A DNA stretch of 64,000 bases, taken from the NCBI GenBank assembly GCA_965287045.1, contig OZ336885.1, positions 63,612,001-63,676,000 of the forward strand, read 5' to 3'. Below, piece after piece: positions 25,311 to 38,569 of this stretch. Every line of letters starts with the position of its first letter. The first letter of the stretch is position 1. Source of the stretch: Carcharhinus amblyrhynchos. Taxonomy: Eukaryota. The position numbers were made by a program, and so were the translations under genes. Below the pieces are notes generated by a model, which saw only the letters and a program-made list of their open reading frames with translations, did no database searches and had not been told where the DNA came from.

Positions 25311-26519
25311 AAGACAAATGCAAAGTTGAGACGTTTATTAATTGCAGGAACACTTCGTTCTTCTTCCTGAACGCATCCAAATGGGGACCGAACTACGTTT
25401 GTCATCATTTGTCCCTTGTGTTTTTGTCTATTTGAAAATAATCAGTATTTCCACAACCTTTGTATGTGGTGATAAAACGTTAGCATTGGATTTTCTACCA
25501 AGCTCGGCTTCTTTCTATCCTGGGTATCGATAATATGCACTATATTCGGCCATGTTCTCGTTATCTGCTCTATTTGGTGTTGATGCCTCGATCTTCAAGC
25601 TGCGCCACATGGTAAGATTTGATCATCTTATGCCAGCCACTCTGACAATGATAACCAGCAGTAATTTTTACTAGACATTAGTAACTTTGATACCTGCATC
25701 TTCATATTAAATGCCTTCATAGTAAATGTTTGCAAAGGGCCAATGTTGTCATGCAACAGCATGACCACAAGACGTCACCACCATTACAACGAACAGTAAG
25801 GATCGTGATATTAGCAGAATATGAACCAGGCACGCAGGCGGAATCAAGAAAACCACAAGATTAACAATTATTGACAATGATTAATAGCATTGATATTTTG
25901 CATGATTTAATTTAAAAAAAAAACGTGATTTAAAATTCAGAGCCTGGCATTAATGCTCACTTCGTTGGAGAAACAAGGTGATGGTTGTTTTGGAAGAAGA
26001 ACAAGTACGCCACGTGGGATTTTATTTGCAACTGTAAAATTGCTGTCAGAGTGATCTCAAGTAACTATGCGTTGGAACGTTGAAAAAAAAACTGCAACAT
26101 GTTACGTATTTCCCTGTATCAATCGAAAGAAACACAACGTGCAGTCTCTTGGCAATAGTCCACATCGCAGCTTTGTACATTTCAATGGACCATTACATTT
26201 TATGTGCAACAACTTGCGCTGCACATTTCTGTTCATGATGCGCACCTGCAGCTTTTCAAAGATGTGCCCATGTTAACGGTTTTTGATTTACACTCGCCAA
26301 CATATATATTCATTCAGTCTGGAATTCTGCGAAAATCCCAGTTAAGCACCATCAAGAATGTACTTTCTTACCCATTCCTTCAAAAAGGTTGTTAAAATCT
26401 AAAAGGAAAACAATATAAATCAAACACAATTTGAAACGTTGGTATAATTGTTCTGTTAACTGGTGACTGACATACAATTGCCAAGTTTTGGTCACATGTA
26501 TAACAGGAAAATGAAATTA

Positions 26520-28720
26520 TTTCATTCATGGGTGGGATCTAATCGTCGTTTCTCAGCATTTATTTCCCGTCTCTTGTTACAATTTACAAGGGAGAAGTTT
26601 TCTTGAATTACAGAAGTCCTGGAGGTGTCGGACGTTCTGCTTGGGAGGAGGTATTTATATCTGTCGCAGTGACAGTGAGATAGCAATTGTATATGTTTGA
26701 ATCTGAATCGTGAGTGTATTGAAAGGAGCACTTTCATATGGTAATGTTGCCAGGTATGTGTTTCTCCTAACCTTCTGTATGGTCATAGTGGTTTTCTTGG
26801 AAGAGGCGGTGATGTAGCCGAGTGTTCATGAAAGGGGTCCCAATTCAGTGAGCTGTTTCATTCATTTTGGTTTCAAGCTCCGTGAGTCGAATTCACGATG
26901 CACTCGTCCAGGCAATTGGAGATTGTATAATTTCATTGCCTGTTTGCGTCTTCTTCATAGTGGAAGTCGTTTCGGGTGTCAGCAAGTGATGTTATTCATC
27001 ACAGTATTCAAAAGCTGCTGCCTTGTTCACTGATGCGATTTTTGGTCATGCGCTGTCATGATTTCAAGGGCAGGCACTTCAGTTCACAACTGGCATTAGG
27101 TTCTTTTGATCATATTTTCACCAACATTGTACAGAGGGCAAAAGTCGATGGCCACACTATTACTGTCAAACAGTAAGTTGTGTTTAGAACTTGTCGCATT
27201 ATCGTCAGAAACTCGCCGACGTTCTTTCGGCAGCAACTCACAAACACACTGTCATGACCACCTGGAAGATTGAGGGAATCACATACTAGATAACACAACT
27301 ACCTGAGTTTTCCCCTTAAATTCACTCACTGTTCTAACTTTGACATATACATTCATTATGTTACTATCATTGCGATAAAAATGGAACACTCGCTATCTAA
27401 CAACACGCCTGTCATCTCCGGAAGTGTCTTGATCCAACAAAGCACACTCACAGTGCAAATGGAAATGGAAAATGAAAATGAAACAAAAAAGTAGGGGTCA
27501 TTATCATTTTATGTCTAAAAAAAGTGCCCAAGATTGTGCTGTTGATGGCTTATTCGTCACCATAACTGTTGTTAAAAGTATATCGATTTGAGGCACTTAC
27601 TACGGATATCAAAAGTGACAGTTCAGATGCACATGGCATGTGAAATGGCTAATGGAACACCTAATTTCATAGTTCGTGCCACAGAGTACAAGAAAATAAT
27701 GCAGGAGTTGTACTGAACATGGCTTCAGCCTCAGTTGGAGTACTAAGATTTAGATCTGTTCATCTTATCATGGGACGGATACAATCACTCTTGCAGGCTT
27801 ACCCGAATTTTGACTTTAGACCATATGGCATTCCAAATCTGACTGGATTGGCAAGAATGTTTTATTTTCTCTAGACCTGACAAGTGCACAGGATTCTGCG
27901 GTGTATCGCATAATGATGAAAAGAGACAGAATGAATAGGAAGCTGCTTCTCCCCTTGCCTAAGTTGCAATCATTAGGACCATAGCTTGAACCCAAGGAGC
28001 AGGAGTTTCCGCTGTGATCTGAGATTTTTTTTGTTTCATTGAGATTGCAGTTGGAATCTGGAGAATTTTGCATATGGAAGTTGTGGAGGCCACAAACTTT
28101 CGAACTGTTGAAAAAAAAAAGAGCGCCTGAAACCTCAGTACAAGCAATGATATGGAACCATGCTGTAAAATTCGCGTAGTGTGCTTTGTTGGTAGTTATT
28201 TTCGGCGCAATCTCGAACATTAAAGGGCGTTTTGGCAATTTAACATCTTTATCCTTAGAGTCGGATGTAAAGAGAGGCGAGCGAGTTTTTTTTTCATGCC
28301 CACTTGTCATAGCTCGATATTCCTCTCTTTTTTGTGTTGCTGGGTATATTGAAGTGCTTTGTATGCACACGACGATCATGGTTTTTGGTGTCATGTTCTG
28401 GAGTCGGAATCTTCAGTACAAATTTCGGAATATTGTCAAAGTCCATAGGTTTTGAAATGAATACGGCCATCATTTTTTACTTTACTACATATGGATTTGA
28501 TCGAATTGTCTGAAAGCTGCTTTCTGAAATGATGACAACTTATGGATGAGGCCAAGATGAATGATCCACTCTATCCTTCTGGCTGAACATTGTTCCGAAT
28601 ACATGTGCTTCATTATTGAGCAGAGGTTCCAGTCTTCCAACAATGAAGAAAATTAGTTTTTTTTTATTACTTTAGCAAACTTCTCCAGTTCAGCGCAATC
28701 CACGGTTTGTTTTTGTTTTG
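26520..28720 (-). mobile_element. Decayed jockey-group LINE (same family as 19790-20700), 3' end at ~26520, interrupted by a CR1
   Basis: Minus strand ends gggaaataaatgctg..cccacccatgaatgaa, the tail also seen on the SINE ending at 37333. EYSP.AW.SA-like segment at ~26900-26940. Confidence 0.65.
27620..28200 (+). mobile_element. Decayed CR1 3' fragment nested in the above LINE
   Basis: KANG.L.FI.R..EYK..(L)QPQLEY motifs at 27640-27745 and a CR1-like 3' UTR remnant near 28120-28190. Confidence 0.65.
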
Positions 28721-29938
28721 ATTGCAGAGATTAAGTTGCCTCAATGGCACGGATAGACCACTTCACTGTATCGGTGATTGAAGCTGTTTTACTCCTGTAA
28801 ATAATGACATGTGTGTCATGTCCGAATTAAAAAAAAAACGCTTCGCCGACTGCATTGACACATTTCAGTAGCATCTGGACAAATAACCCTGAATTCAAGG
28901 TATATGTTAGCACATTGTGACTTAGTTGACAGTTTTCCGAGTCATGGATTTAATTGAATTTACTTCCGAATGTGATTTCCTTTATGTGAGCAGGAGATAA
29001 GTCTCTAAGGATATTTCTGTGAATCTTGTTAACAACAGAAAGTGCGTAGTCTTTTCAACAACCTGCCAGTCTTTGTGATGCATGTCTTCAGAATCCATAA
29101 TGCACTGTCTTAACAATTCCAAAATCTCATGATTCATTTATGTGAAAGGCCTAACGTCCTTTTGGCTTGATGGTCGCATCCTCTCTCTGCGAGGAAAAAA
29201 ATGTGTTTCTCTTGAATTGCAGCAGCAGTTGCAGCGGCTCAGGCTTTGCAGAAACATTACCATTCCGAGATTATCGTAGATAGATTGTGATTTGTAACTG
29301 GTTTAAATTGTTACCATTGCATATTCTATTATTGTGAAAGTCTGTCCACGTTGCTCGCATCCTTATCCTCGTTATAGTTAGTGTAGAACTAAGAGTGGCT
29401 TTATTGAATGAAACTAGATGTCAATTCATATTGATAAATTCATTTGGTACGCGTATAACTTTCAGTGACAACACGCGTCGGCGATATCACCGCTTTATAA
29501 TTGTACGATGATCACAAATACACAAGCCAGCAGCCAGTGACTATAGGTTTACTTTGAAATATATATCAGAAGTGTTCTGACAAATATTCAGAGTAAATCT
29601 ACTGCTGGAAAAATCAGACAAACGATTGCCGTGTGCATTGGAAAATGTGGAAATGGCCAGTTTTTGTTTTCACCCGTGGGAATCCATTCTGGATTCTACA
29701 CCTCACTTGTGCACTTTTCTGTCGCCTGTGCTTCTGGTTAGGAAAGCAAGTACCTTCATTGGAATGAAATAGAATGCTATTAGTAACATGCAATGAAAGT
29801 TAACTCAGAGCAATTAGTATGAGCTCTGTTCCCTCAACAGAACTGGTCACATGCATTCAACAATGCCAATTTATTAGATTTAGTTATTGAGTTACGGACA
29901 GAAAGGTGCTGTTTCAAACAATGGAACAGTTGCTGATT

Positions 29939-29940
<2 letters not shown>

Positions 29941-29987
<47 letters not shown>
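29941..29987. repeat. (AC)23 microsatellite
   Basis: Directly visible perfect dinucleotide run. Confidence 0.97.
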
Positions 29988-29992
<5 letters not shown>

Positions 29993-31039
29993 TTTTGGCA
30001 TTAGCATTTCACTGTTCTGAGAGTTAAATATTCAAAGCCATTATAGTAATTAATGTTCTCACCTGAACGGTGCATTGGACCCGAAGTACGGGTATGACCA
30101 CCCAGCAGGTTGAAAATTTAGCTTTCCTGGAATGGTGCGTGTACGATTTGTTATCAAAGCCAATTACATAGCCGGTAATGATTATGATACATAATTTCGC
30201 ATAAGGTAACAATGCCTTCGTCTGCTTATCGAGATGAAATTGTTACTGCCATCAATACATTAAAATACGTTCTGGGCAGATTAAAAAAAAACCTCGCAAA
30301 CATAAAAAAGGTAATGAAAGGCAAGCCACAATCAGCAAATGGACACACAGAGTGCAAACAACAATCAAATAATATGAATTGTTTCTTTAACATACGCGAA
30401 TGCACTGCAAACCATATGCTAATTGCCTCTGGCACCGCCAGATGAGAAACTCTTTTTCGACAGAATTATACAAAATCATGAATTGCACTGAGACAGTGAG
30501 AGAAATGAAAATCAATATCACAGAAAACAGGATATTTAATATTTCACAACATTGTGCAATGAATTGACGAATATGCATTGTTAAAAAAAGTCTGCTAAAA
30601 ACTCAATGATATTATTGGCATGTACATTTTTTTTTAATTGGCGGGTTGCAGGGTAGCGTAGAAACTGGAGAGAGAGACACACACACGCACAGACACAGAC
30701 AGAGACAGAGAGGTAGCAAAGTTGGACGAATTCACAGAACTGAAACAAACCAGACCGCCACAAGAAAAGTAACAGCAAAGCTTTGTTCTGATTTTATTTT
30801 AGGTAACTTCAGCTCACAGGATGGCTGTTTTCTCAACAAACGTCATATCATACGCAGAAATGCATCAACATAAACTTGCGTGTTACCTGAATCTGTACTC
30901 CCCATCTTTCCATCTAAACATGGAGATTAAATACTTAGATTCCCCGTGTTGTAACAAGAAGACAATAAATTATTTAAATATTTAACGGTAAAATGTATTT
31001 AAATGTGAAAACGCCGACTTACACTATACTCCTGTGACA

Positions 31040-31280
31040 ATCCTGGAACTGCCACACTCATGCAACTGCCCGGATACACTGAGGGAAAATGCGTCCTGGC
31101 AAAATCACCAAATAACACGTCTTACGGGCTGTGAGGAGAAACAGGACCACCCGGAAGAAACCGCCGGAACAAGGAAAGATGTGCAGACTCCATAAAGTCA
31201 GAGACGCCAATCGGGAGTTGAACCCAGCTTGCTGGATCCGTGGCGCAGCATTACCAAGCACTTCACCATATAGCGCCCGA
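31040..31280 (-). mobile_element. Decayed HE1/V-SINE
   Basis: gtgaggagaaacaggaccacccggaagaaacc..gtgcagactcc..ttgaaccc matches the reverse complement of the SINE body and B box. Confidence 0.75.
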
Positions 31281-34200
31281 CTGTGCCACGAGGCCGTAAA
31301 ACTCCGGAACACATTTCAGCGATAGAGCTATGAAATAATAGTGAACAACGCACAACAAAAGGAAAAACAAATCACGTGCTCCATGCAATAATCATTGGCT
31401 TTAAGTATACGAGAACAACTTAAATGTTTGGAAGTTTGATGTTTGGGAGTGGGAGGGGACGAGTTTACGTGTTTGTGGACGACACGCAGGGATGAAGCAT
31501 TGTGGGGCGTGATAAAATACAAGGACCCAATTCAGTAAACAAACAGATACTAATGTAGTATAAGAACGTGACAGACCTATGCAGTTTCATAATTTGAGGA
31601 CCGTTATTACGTTTTTTTGTGTTTTATTTTATTCAATATCGAAGAAAAGTTATCCGGCTTTTGGGGGACACTGTCCACAAATAGTCACTGTCTGCACTAT
31701 TGACGCACAGCATCAGCAGTGTATTCCAACCACGAAAAGATAATGTGGGAGCAGCTGCAAAGCACAGTCGCTGACATTTAGAAGACCATGCGGTTCCCTC
31801 CAAGAAACTTATAGCTTACCTTGTGAAAATAATGCCGTTTTTAGCAGTCTTGCCATTTATAATCTGGGACTCATTCATTGATAACGTTGGGTCTGCAACT
31901 ACTGCTCATTGTCACCAATGTATCTGCGAGACAGCTCAAAATTATCTCATATGTGTAACAAAACTCATTCCTCGACAGCAACATCCACATCCCAGGAATT
32001 AAGAGAGAATACATGTTTGCAGGTTGGAAGATGCATTCCTGTAGAGGATCTGAAACCAATATTATGTTTTCTTATCGGGATACTGTCCAGCTGAGGTTGC
32101 ACATCAATTACTGTTCACAGTAGCAATCTGTGAACAGAATTCCATTTTGTCAAGAATTAAGGCGGTCGAATGAAATATAAACTGAGAGTTTTAGGGGGCT
32201 GAATATCTGACATTAATTGGGCAGTTTCAATTTAGTGTATGTGAAGAGAAGGAAAATAAAATAAACTTGGAGGTATGGTGCAGTATCACTCGACTGCATG
32301 TCTAAGAAGTATAATCAAATTAATAATTGGATGTGGGAAAGCCACGATTGCGACGATCGGCCAGAATATCCTCATCGCCAATATTCTCGAGACTTTGTTT
32401 TTCAGAAAACAAATAGCTCAATTGATTGTATTAATCTCCCAACGATTTTGAGTTTGCGAGTAGATTATATCATATGTCAGTGACGCATTCATGTGACGTG
32501 ATTGTATGAAATATTTCATCCCAAACTGATTGGCCGCTTTGCTCTTCACAAATAATGGCGAGGCATTGTGTACGTGCATTCCACCGGACAGTAAGAACAT
32601 TTCATTACCGCACCAAGTGCCCCAACGTTTTTTTTTTATTATTTTTTTGACGGCAACAATAGCTTAAGAAGTATATTTCCGTTAATGATCGGAGTGATCG
32701 TAGTCTGATCGAAGAACATTCACAATTCGTCACTGCATGTTTCGTTCTTTTTTTTTCTGTCCAAATAATGGTTTTGGCAAGGTCATCCTCCTCATATTAA
32801 ATCTTCAGTGTGAAGATATTTTAGTATGTCTAGGCTGAATTTAATCTGTCTCCTACAATTTATAAGCTTCAAAGCATGCACTCCATTGAGGACACTGTTA
32901 GATTTGATGAATACAATTCAGTTGTCCGTTATGTTGAATCTAATTTTTCGAATTGAAAACCGACAATGTGGTTAAATTTACTTACTCGCACTGTACATTC
33001 TAAATTACTTTCAACGTGTATTGTGCACTTCACTTGCAAATAAATGTAAGAAAAAGACATAAATACACATTGAGCGAGAATACAGTGTACAGATATTCCC
33101 CTATGCCAAAGTCAATACGGGCACGAAGCATGGGGACAGTGAGAGTAAAAGGGTCGTACAAAGCATGCATGTGGTGACATGTTCTGATCATTTAAGAGGA
33201 TGATAATTCTCGGGAAGGAAAAAAAAAAACAACTTCACTGTATCTGTTTTCTTTGATTGCGCTATTCGAGGAATGGGGACATACCCCATTAAACATTCCT
33301 CCACCAGAATCGTGTTCGACAAATAATGACTCAAATCAATGCTGTATATTGTCATGCTGTGTAGTTACTGAAACCTGTCGGTCAGTGCGTTCAATGGTTA
33401 AAAAGAACATGTCCCAAAAACGTTCTGCTGAACGTAACTCTGAAGATTTAACAAATAACATTTAAAAATTTGGCGCAAATTACAGCTGAAAACAAAAACG
33501 TTATTATTTTGAAAATCACAATAAAAATACTAACTTGAACTTATTTGTACAATGGGGAACAGCAGCGGCTTTACTTGATGCTCATCATGCATGAAACCAT
33601 TCGTCACTTGAACAGTAATTTCCCTTCATTCATACCGCTATATCAGATTAAAATCATGACGATACTTTGTTAAGCGTTGCATATTGGTCATTTTTTTTTT
33701 CGTCTGATATGTCCAGAAGGCTTGCATTTTACTTTATTTCTTCTGCACCATGCTGCCTGTAAACGATATCCTTTATTCCTGATGAAGCAGGATAATTATT
33801 TCAATGTTTAATGTTATCTCAACTAATGCAGATTTTGATGTGCCCCCTCGGATTACTGTGTAAAGCTGCACTGAGGTTGAATTGCAGGTTATGGCACTGA
33901 ATGAAGATATCGACCCGCTGCACACCCCCACCCCCCCGCCCGCCCCCAAGCACATTCTGGATTTTGTTTTGTATTTGACTGCTGTCATAAGCTGTTAGAA
34001 GGAAACCGTAGCTCTCTGTCTATCTCTGTGGTTGCCTTCCGAATACTCCAGCACTGTGGATGCTCAGACATTGATGCAATTTTTAAAGCGCCAAATAATG
34101 TAGATGTCAAATGCTGACAATCCTGTATCACATGGAAATGGTTGTTTCCGTAGTGTCCTTGTCTGAAGAGGGCGCTATGCATATGCGGTTGCTATGTGTT

Positions 34201-34939
34201 GGAACAACATAGTCAGCCAGCGATTAATGATTATATATATGAACTTCAATTATTGTAATTGACTACTTATATGTTCATTTTTGTTATAGTGATTGGCATT
34301 TTTAAGTGAACATTTTTAGATAAAAGCATATTAGTGGGTCACTTGAATCATGTCTCACATGGAATTTCTTATCCTTATCCATTCCAAATTATATGCGAAA
34401 TTTAAATTCTAGGCTATCCTCAAAATCAACTTGTCAGCTTGCATTTTCCGGACTGGGGGTATTAACAATCGCCCAAATCTAATATTCGCCATTAAACATT
34501 AGTAGGAAAAATCGATTTTGTGGACATATATTTGTACGTTCTGTGAGAATAAATAAAAACGCATACCCAGCAATGTCCACCACGGGCTGGCTGCGATTCA
34601 TTTTTTTTTGTTTAATGTATTCATGACGTTAACGAAATCATATTGCACACATTGTTTAAGTTGCCATTACCAATTATTCCAGTCGCTTATTTTATTCATA
34701 GAGAAATATATTTTGGTTTAGGGACATTGCTCTGTCTTCAATAAATTAATGATTGAAATATTGGCATCCATTTCAATGCAGAAGTGACAAAACTCACATA
34801 CACCCTGGAAAGTTTTCTCTCATTCAAACATACGTTGATTGACTGTATTCGAAACGCAAGGCTCTGCAGCATAATTATAACATTTTGCTGCATAATACAA
34901 GAGAATACGATAAATCTCAGTTGAAATAAGATAGCAAAT

Positions 34940-35520
34940 CCACAACAATTACCATAAATGCCACAATCAGTACGGCATCAAAGAAAAGCCAAACTGCGTG
35001 TTCTTACTGAGAATCGTCCGGTGGATGTGACCTCCATAACGAAGAATAGCTTGGAAAGTTGACACATGACAAGAATAAATCGTGGCCTGCCGGATAGTCT
35101 GGATGCAATACACTTCTAGTACAATCGCAACAGGCCCACAACTGGCACAGTATCGCTGGCTCTTCACTCAAGTGTGGAACGCCATGGTATAAAAGCACAT
35201 CTATGTCACCCCTCAGTATATTGATTATAATTTTGAACACCGTTGTTTTTTCCGACAAAACTCAGTTCCAAACAGCGTTGCCTGAGCCTAGGTTCACCTC
35301 TCTGCGACTTGATCCTGAACTTCCTAACTCAGTGAATGCAACTAGTAAGGGGAGGCAAAATCACCTCCACCGCGATCATCCTCGAAACCTGTGTCGCGTA
35401 AGGTTGCACTTTCAGATCGAAGGATAATATTATCCTTATACACCTATGACTGTGTGGCTAATGTTCCCTCCAAATCGATTTTCATGTCTGTTGATGACAA
35501 CACCACATTGGTTTTGATAG
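34940..35520 (+). mobile_element. Decayed Rex1/Babar RT fragment
   Basis: RPVD.TSI..SLE.L; NRP.TGTVSLALHSSVE; LGSPLCDLILNFLT; IIL.TC; SLYTYDCVA..SKSIF.S.DDNT. These follow the Rex1 RT motif order. Confidence 0.8.
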
Positions 35521-35524
35521 CAAA

Positions 35525-35863
35525 ATCATAGCATCTCTTTCGTGCAGAAGGAGGACATTCGGGCAATCATGTATTAAGCGAGCACAATGATACCCAACAA
35601 TCCCTCATATTATTTGTGCTTATCTCCCTGAATCTTCGGTCTATTTAGCATGGCCAATTAAACTAACCCGGACATCTATAGAAAGGGGGAGGAGACCCAA
35701 ACACTCGAAAGCCACGAAGCTTTCGAAGGTGTTGAGGAAACCCACAGAGGCACAAGAAGAACGTGAAAACTCGAAACAGGCAGCGACCCAAGCCAGGAAT
35801 TGAACAGAGGTTCCTGTCGCTATGAGGAAGCACTGCTAACCATTGTGCCACCATTCCGCTCCC
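35525..35863 (-). mobile_element. HE1/V-SINE
   Basis: Reverse complement reads gggagcggaatggtggcacaatggttagcagtgc..tgttcaattcctggcttgggtc; includes V-domain and tail. Confidence 0.85.
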
Positions 35864-35899
35864 GTGAAACATTTTGTGCTCATAGGTAGACTGCCATAC

Positions 35900-36030
35900 C
35901 CGGATGTGTGTTTTTCTTTAATTGAATTTCAATTTCACCAACGCGCCTGAAAGGATTCGAACAGGAATCACTGGAAAATGTGCTTGCTGTCAGGATTACT
36001 GACGCAGCGTTGAATCCACTTTGCACTTTG
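35900..36030 (-). mobile_element. 5' remnant of a second tRNA-SINE family
   Basis: Reverse complement gtaatcctgac..gttcgaatcc..ggtgaaattgaaattcaatta matches the head at 36730-36810. Confidence 0.55.
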
Positions 36031-36698
36031 TCTCTTTAATGTCCGTTAAAAAAAAATCTATGCGTCCCTTATCTGGCATGGAAGTCGTCAGCTAAACTCT
36101 CTTATGCTCTCTGCTATGGATATGAACACTACCTATTGCCCTAAAAAAAACTTCTTTGAGCCTCTATAATTTTTCCACTCTGTATTAGTGGTTTTGATTT
36201 GTGATAAGAGCCGGTAGTTTTCATGTCAAGAGCAGAGAACTGGTTAATGTTTAGCTGACTGTTTCCGAGGCAAATATACAGAGGTTAAATTATTAAAGGC
36301 CATTTCTAGATTCGTTTCCAATGCAAACATGCCGAGAGAGTGAGTTGTAAGTTATGTTACTGAAGTGCGTGATTGCAAAGAAATATATTTTGACATCTTA
36401 CACTCATTTTAGTAATATGAACAAAAACGATGTTCACCATGTTTTAAAAAATTTCGAATGGCATTGCACACTGTAAATCTCATGTGAACAACAGTACTAT
36501 TCCCGTCTTTTGAAAAAAAAATTCTAAGATGTCCTGATAGAATAGCAATATTGATGCTGCTGCCAGGACAGTAAAACAAAGGTAAAATAACCTTGATGTG
36601 AGCATTCAGCATCCGTTTATTATGCAGGTGCAAATAAAAAAAAAAATCGTTACTGCCTTTTTGCTTGCGGAATTGGTAACCATTTTTGGATGCAAAAG

Positions 36699-37333
36699 GG
36701 GAGGCAATGACATTGTGGTATCCACGCAGCATTAATAATCCCGAAACACAACTAAATTTATAGTGACACCTGTTCGAATACTGTCAAAGGAGATGGTGAA
36801 ATTTGAGTAAAAAAAAAACACACATCTGGCTATGGCAGTATACATTTTAGCACATGTTTCACGGGGGCAGTACTGTGATACAGCGGTTAGCATTGTTGCC
36901 TCAAAACGCGAGGGAACTGGGTTCAATTCCCGGCTTGGTTCACTGTCTTTGTTTGCATGTTCTCACCGTGTCTGCCCGGATTTGCTCTGGGTGTTCCGGT
37001 TTCCATCCATACTTCAAAATGTACGTGTGAGGTGGATTGGCCATGCTAAATTGCCCATCAGATTCGGGGATCTAGCTCTCTTTATGGGGATATGGTCTGT
37101 GTGGGATCGTAGTTGGTGCAGACGCGATGGGGCCGAATGGCGGCCTACTGCACTGGAGGATTCTAAGTAAAATATTGATTTGGTAAAGATTTGTTTTCTG
37201 CCCTTTCTCGATCTTGCCTTTCTCTGGCTCTAGAACCACAACAATTGGGCGGAGTTTCAATTGCCCGTGGTCATTTTCGGATAAGAAGTATATTCTGGCC
37301 AACCAGCGACAACATGCCCAACGAATAAAAAAA
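36699..37333 (+). mobile_element. Second tRNA-SINE family copy, split by an HE1-like SINE at 36863-37166
   Basis: Head gggaggcaatgacattgtgg..taatcccga..gttcgaat..agatggtgaaatttga. Resumes after 37170 and ends ctggccaaccagcgac..cccaacgaataaaaaaaa. Confidence 0.65.
36863..37166 (+). mobile_element. HE1/V-SINE
   Basis: B box ggttcaattcc (~36920), V-domain, ggtggattggccatgctaaattgccc and gggccgaatgg tail. Confidence 0.9.
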
Positions 37334-37414
37334 ATCTATTGAGTGAAACAGAGTTGGTTCCTGGTGTGGAGACTCCCTGGTGTCGGATCGGCCACACACC
37401 TTATTGTGAGATGT

Positions 37415-37742
37415 GGACGGCACGGTAGCACAGTGGTTAGCGCTGCTTTTTTCAGAGCTCCAGGCTCCTGGGTCCGATTCCCGGCTCGGGTCACTGTCTG
37501 TGTGGAGTTTGCACATTCTCCTCGTGTCTGCGTGGGTGTCCTTCGGACACTCTCACAGTCCAAAAATGTGCGGGTTATGTTGATTGGCCAAGCTAAGAAA
37601 TTGCCCCTTAGTCTCCAGAGATATGTAGGTTGGAGGGATTAGTGGGTATAATATGTAATGATACGGGGTAGAGCCTGGATGTGATGCAGACTCGGTGGGC
37701 CGAAAGACTTCTTTCTGCATTGTTGTGTTCTATGATTCTATG
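37415..37742 (+). mobile_element. HE1/V-SINE (well preserved)
   Basis: A box tagcacagtgg, B box ggtccgattcc, ctgtctgtgtggagtttgcacattctcc V-domain, and tail ttctatgattctatg. Confidence 0.92.
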
Positions 37743-38569
37743 CATCTTTCCTGATCGGCACGACTCTCATTCATGCATGGCTGCTTATTTTCAATGTGTG
37801 TATTTGTGCAGCTATTGTATAAGAAATATACGTACGATGTGAATTATCAAAGTACCTGGGAGTTTGTTTGAAGGAAGGTTTTTTTTATTATTATTATAGT
37901 TCATATCAGAATAACAAATAAAAAATGGGTGCATGCCTACAAATGGAATTTGTAAAAGGCGGTTACGCAAAAAAAAAGGTTTCCTGAGGCAAAAATCTTG
38001 AGCGGGATTGAGGTGAAGTTCATAAACGTTGACTTACTGAAAAAGATCACTCAAACGTCCGTCTTGCGTTTCTATTGGCTGTGTTACATTGTTCAGTTAG
38101 CCATAGTTAATGATCTAGTCACCTGGAGGAATGCTGCCATAGAATTGTGAGTGTTGAGAATTGTAGAATTCACGCTGCACGCTCCCCGTACCGCACACAC
38201 ACACACAGCCACCTACATTCAAGACCATGTTCCAGATGTCCGTTCGGCTTGACAGCCTTTCAAGCAATCAAAATTTCATCTTATTTTAAACATACGACTC
38301 TATTAAAAGCGGCATGATTTGAATCACACCAAAAATAGTAAATATGTATCCATCTATTTCAACCTTCATGTTGCAATTTAAGAATATGCAAAGATGGGAA
38401 AAGCTGTTTTCCAGAGTTTCGCCCTGAGTGTTTTCAATGTGTTCAGCGTGCATTCCATTCACGGGATTTAAATGGAAAACAACTTGTTGAAAAAAGCTGA
38501 GTTGCTATATCGAACATAAGGAAGCTGATCAACTGAATTACATGACACCCGTGATTAATAAAACTGCTG

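Noticed and set aside
24896-25408. Long ORFs rich in poly-S/L/F/K
   Set aside because: Artefacts of the GAA microsatellite.
28870-28900. 31-nt plus-strand candidate exon (SIWTNNPEFK, vaguely calpain-like)
   Set aside because: Too short, non-symmetric, and has no supporting neighbouring exons.
37415-37490. tRNA gene
   Set aside because: The A/B boxes belong to a SINE head followed by V-domain and tail; no complete cloverleaf.
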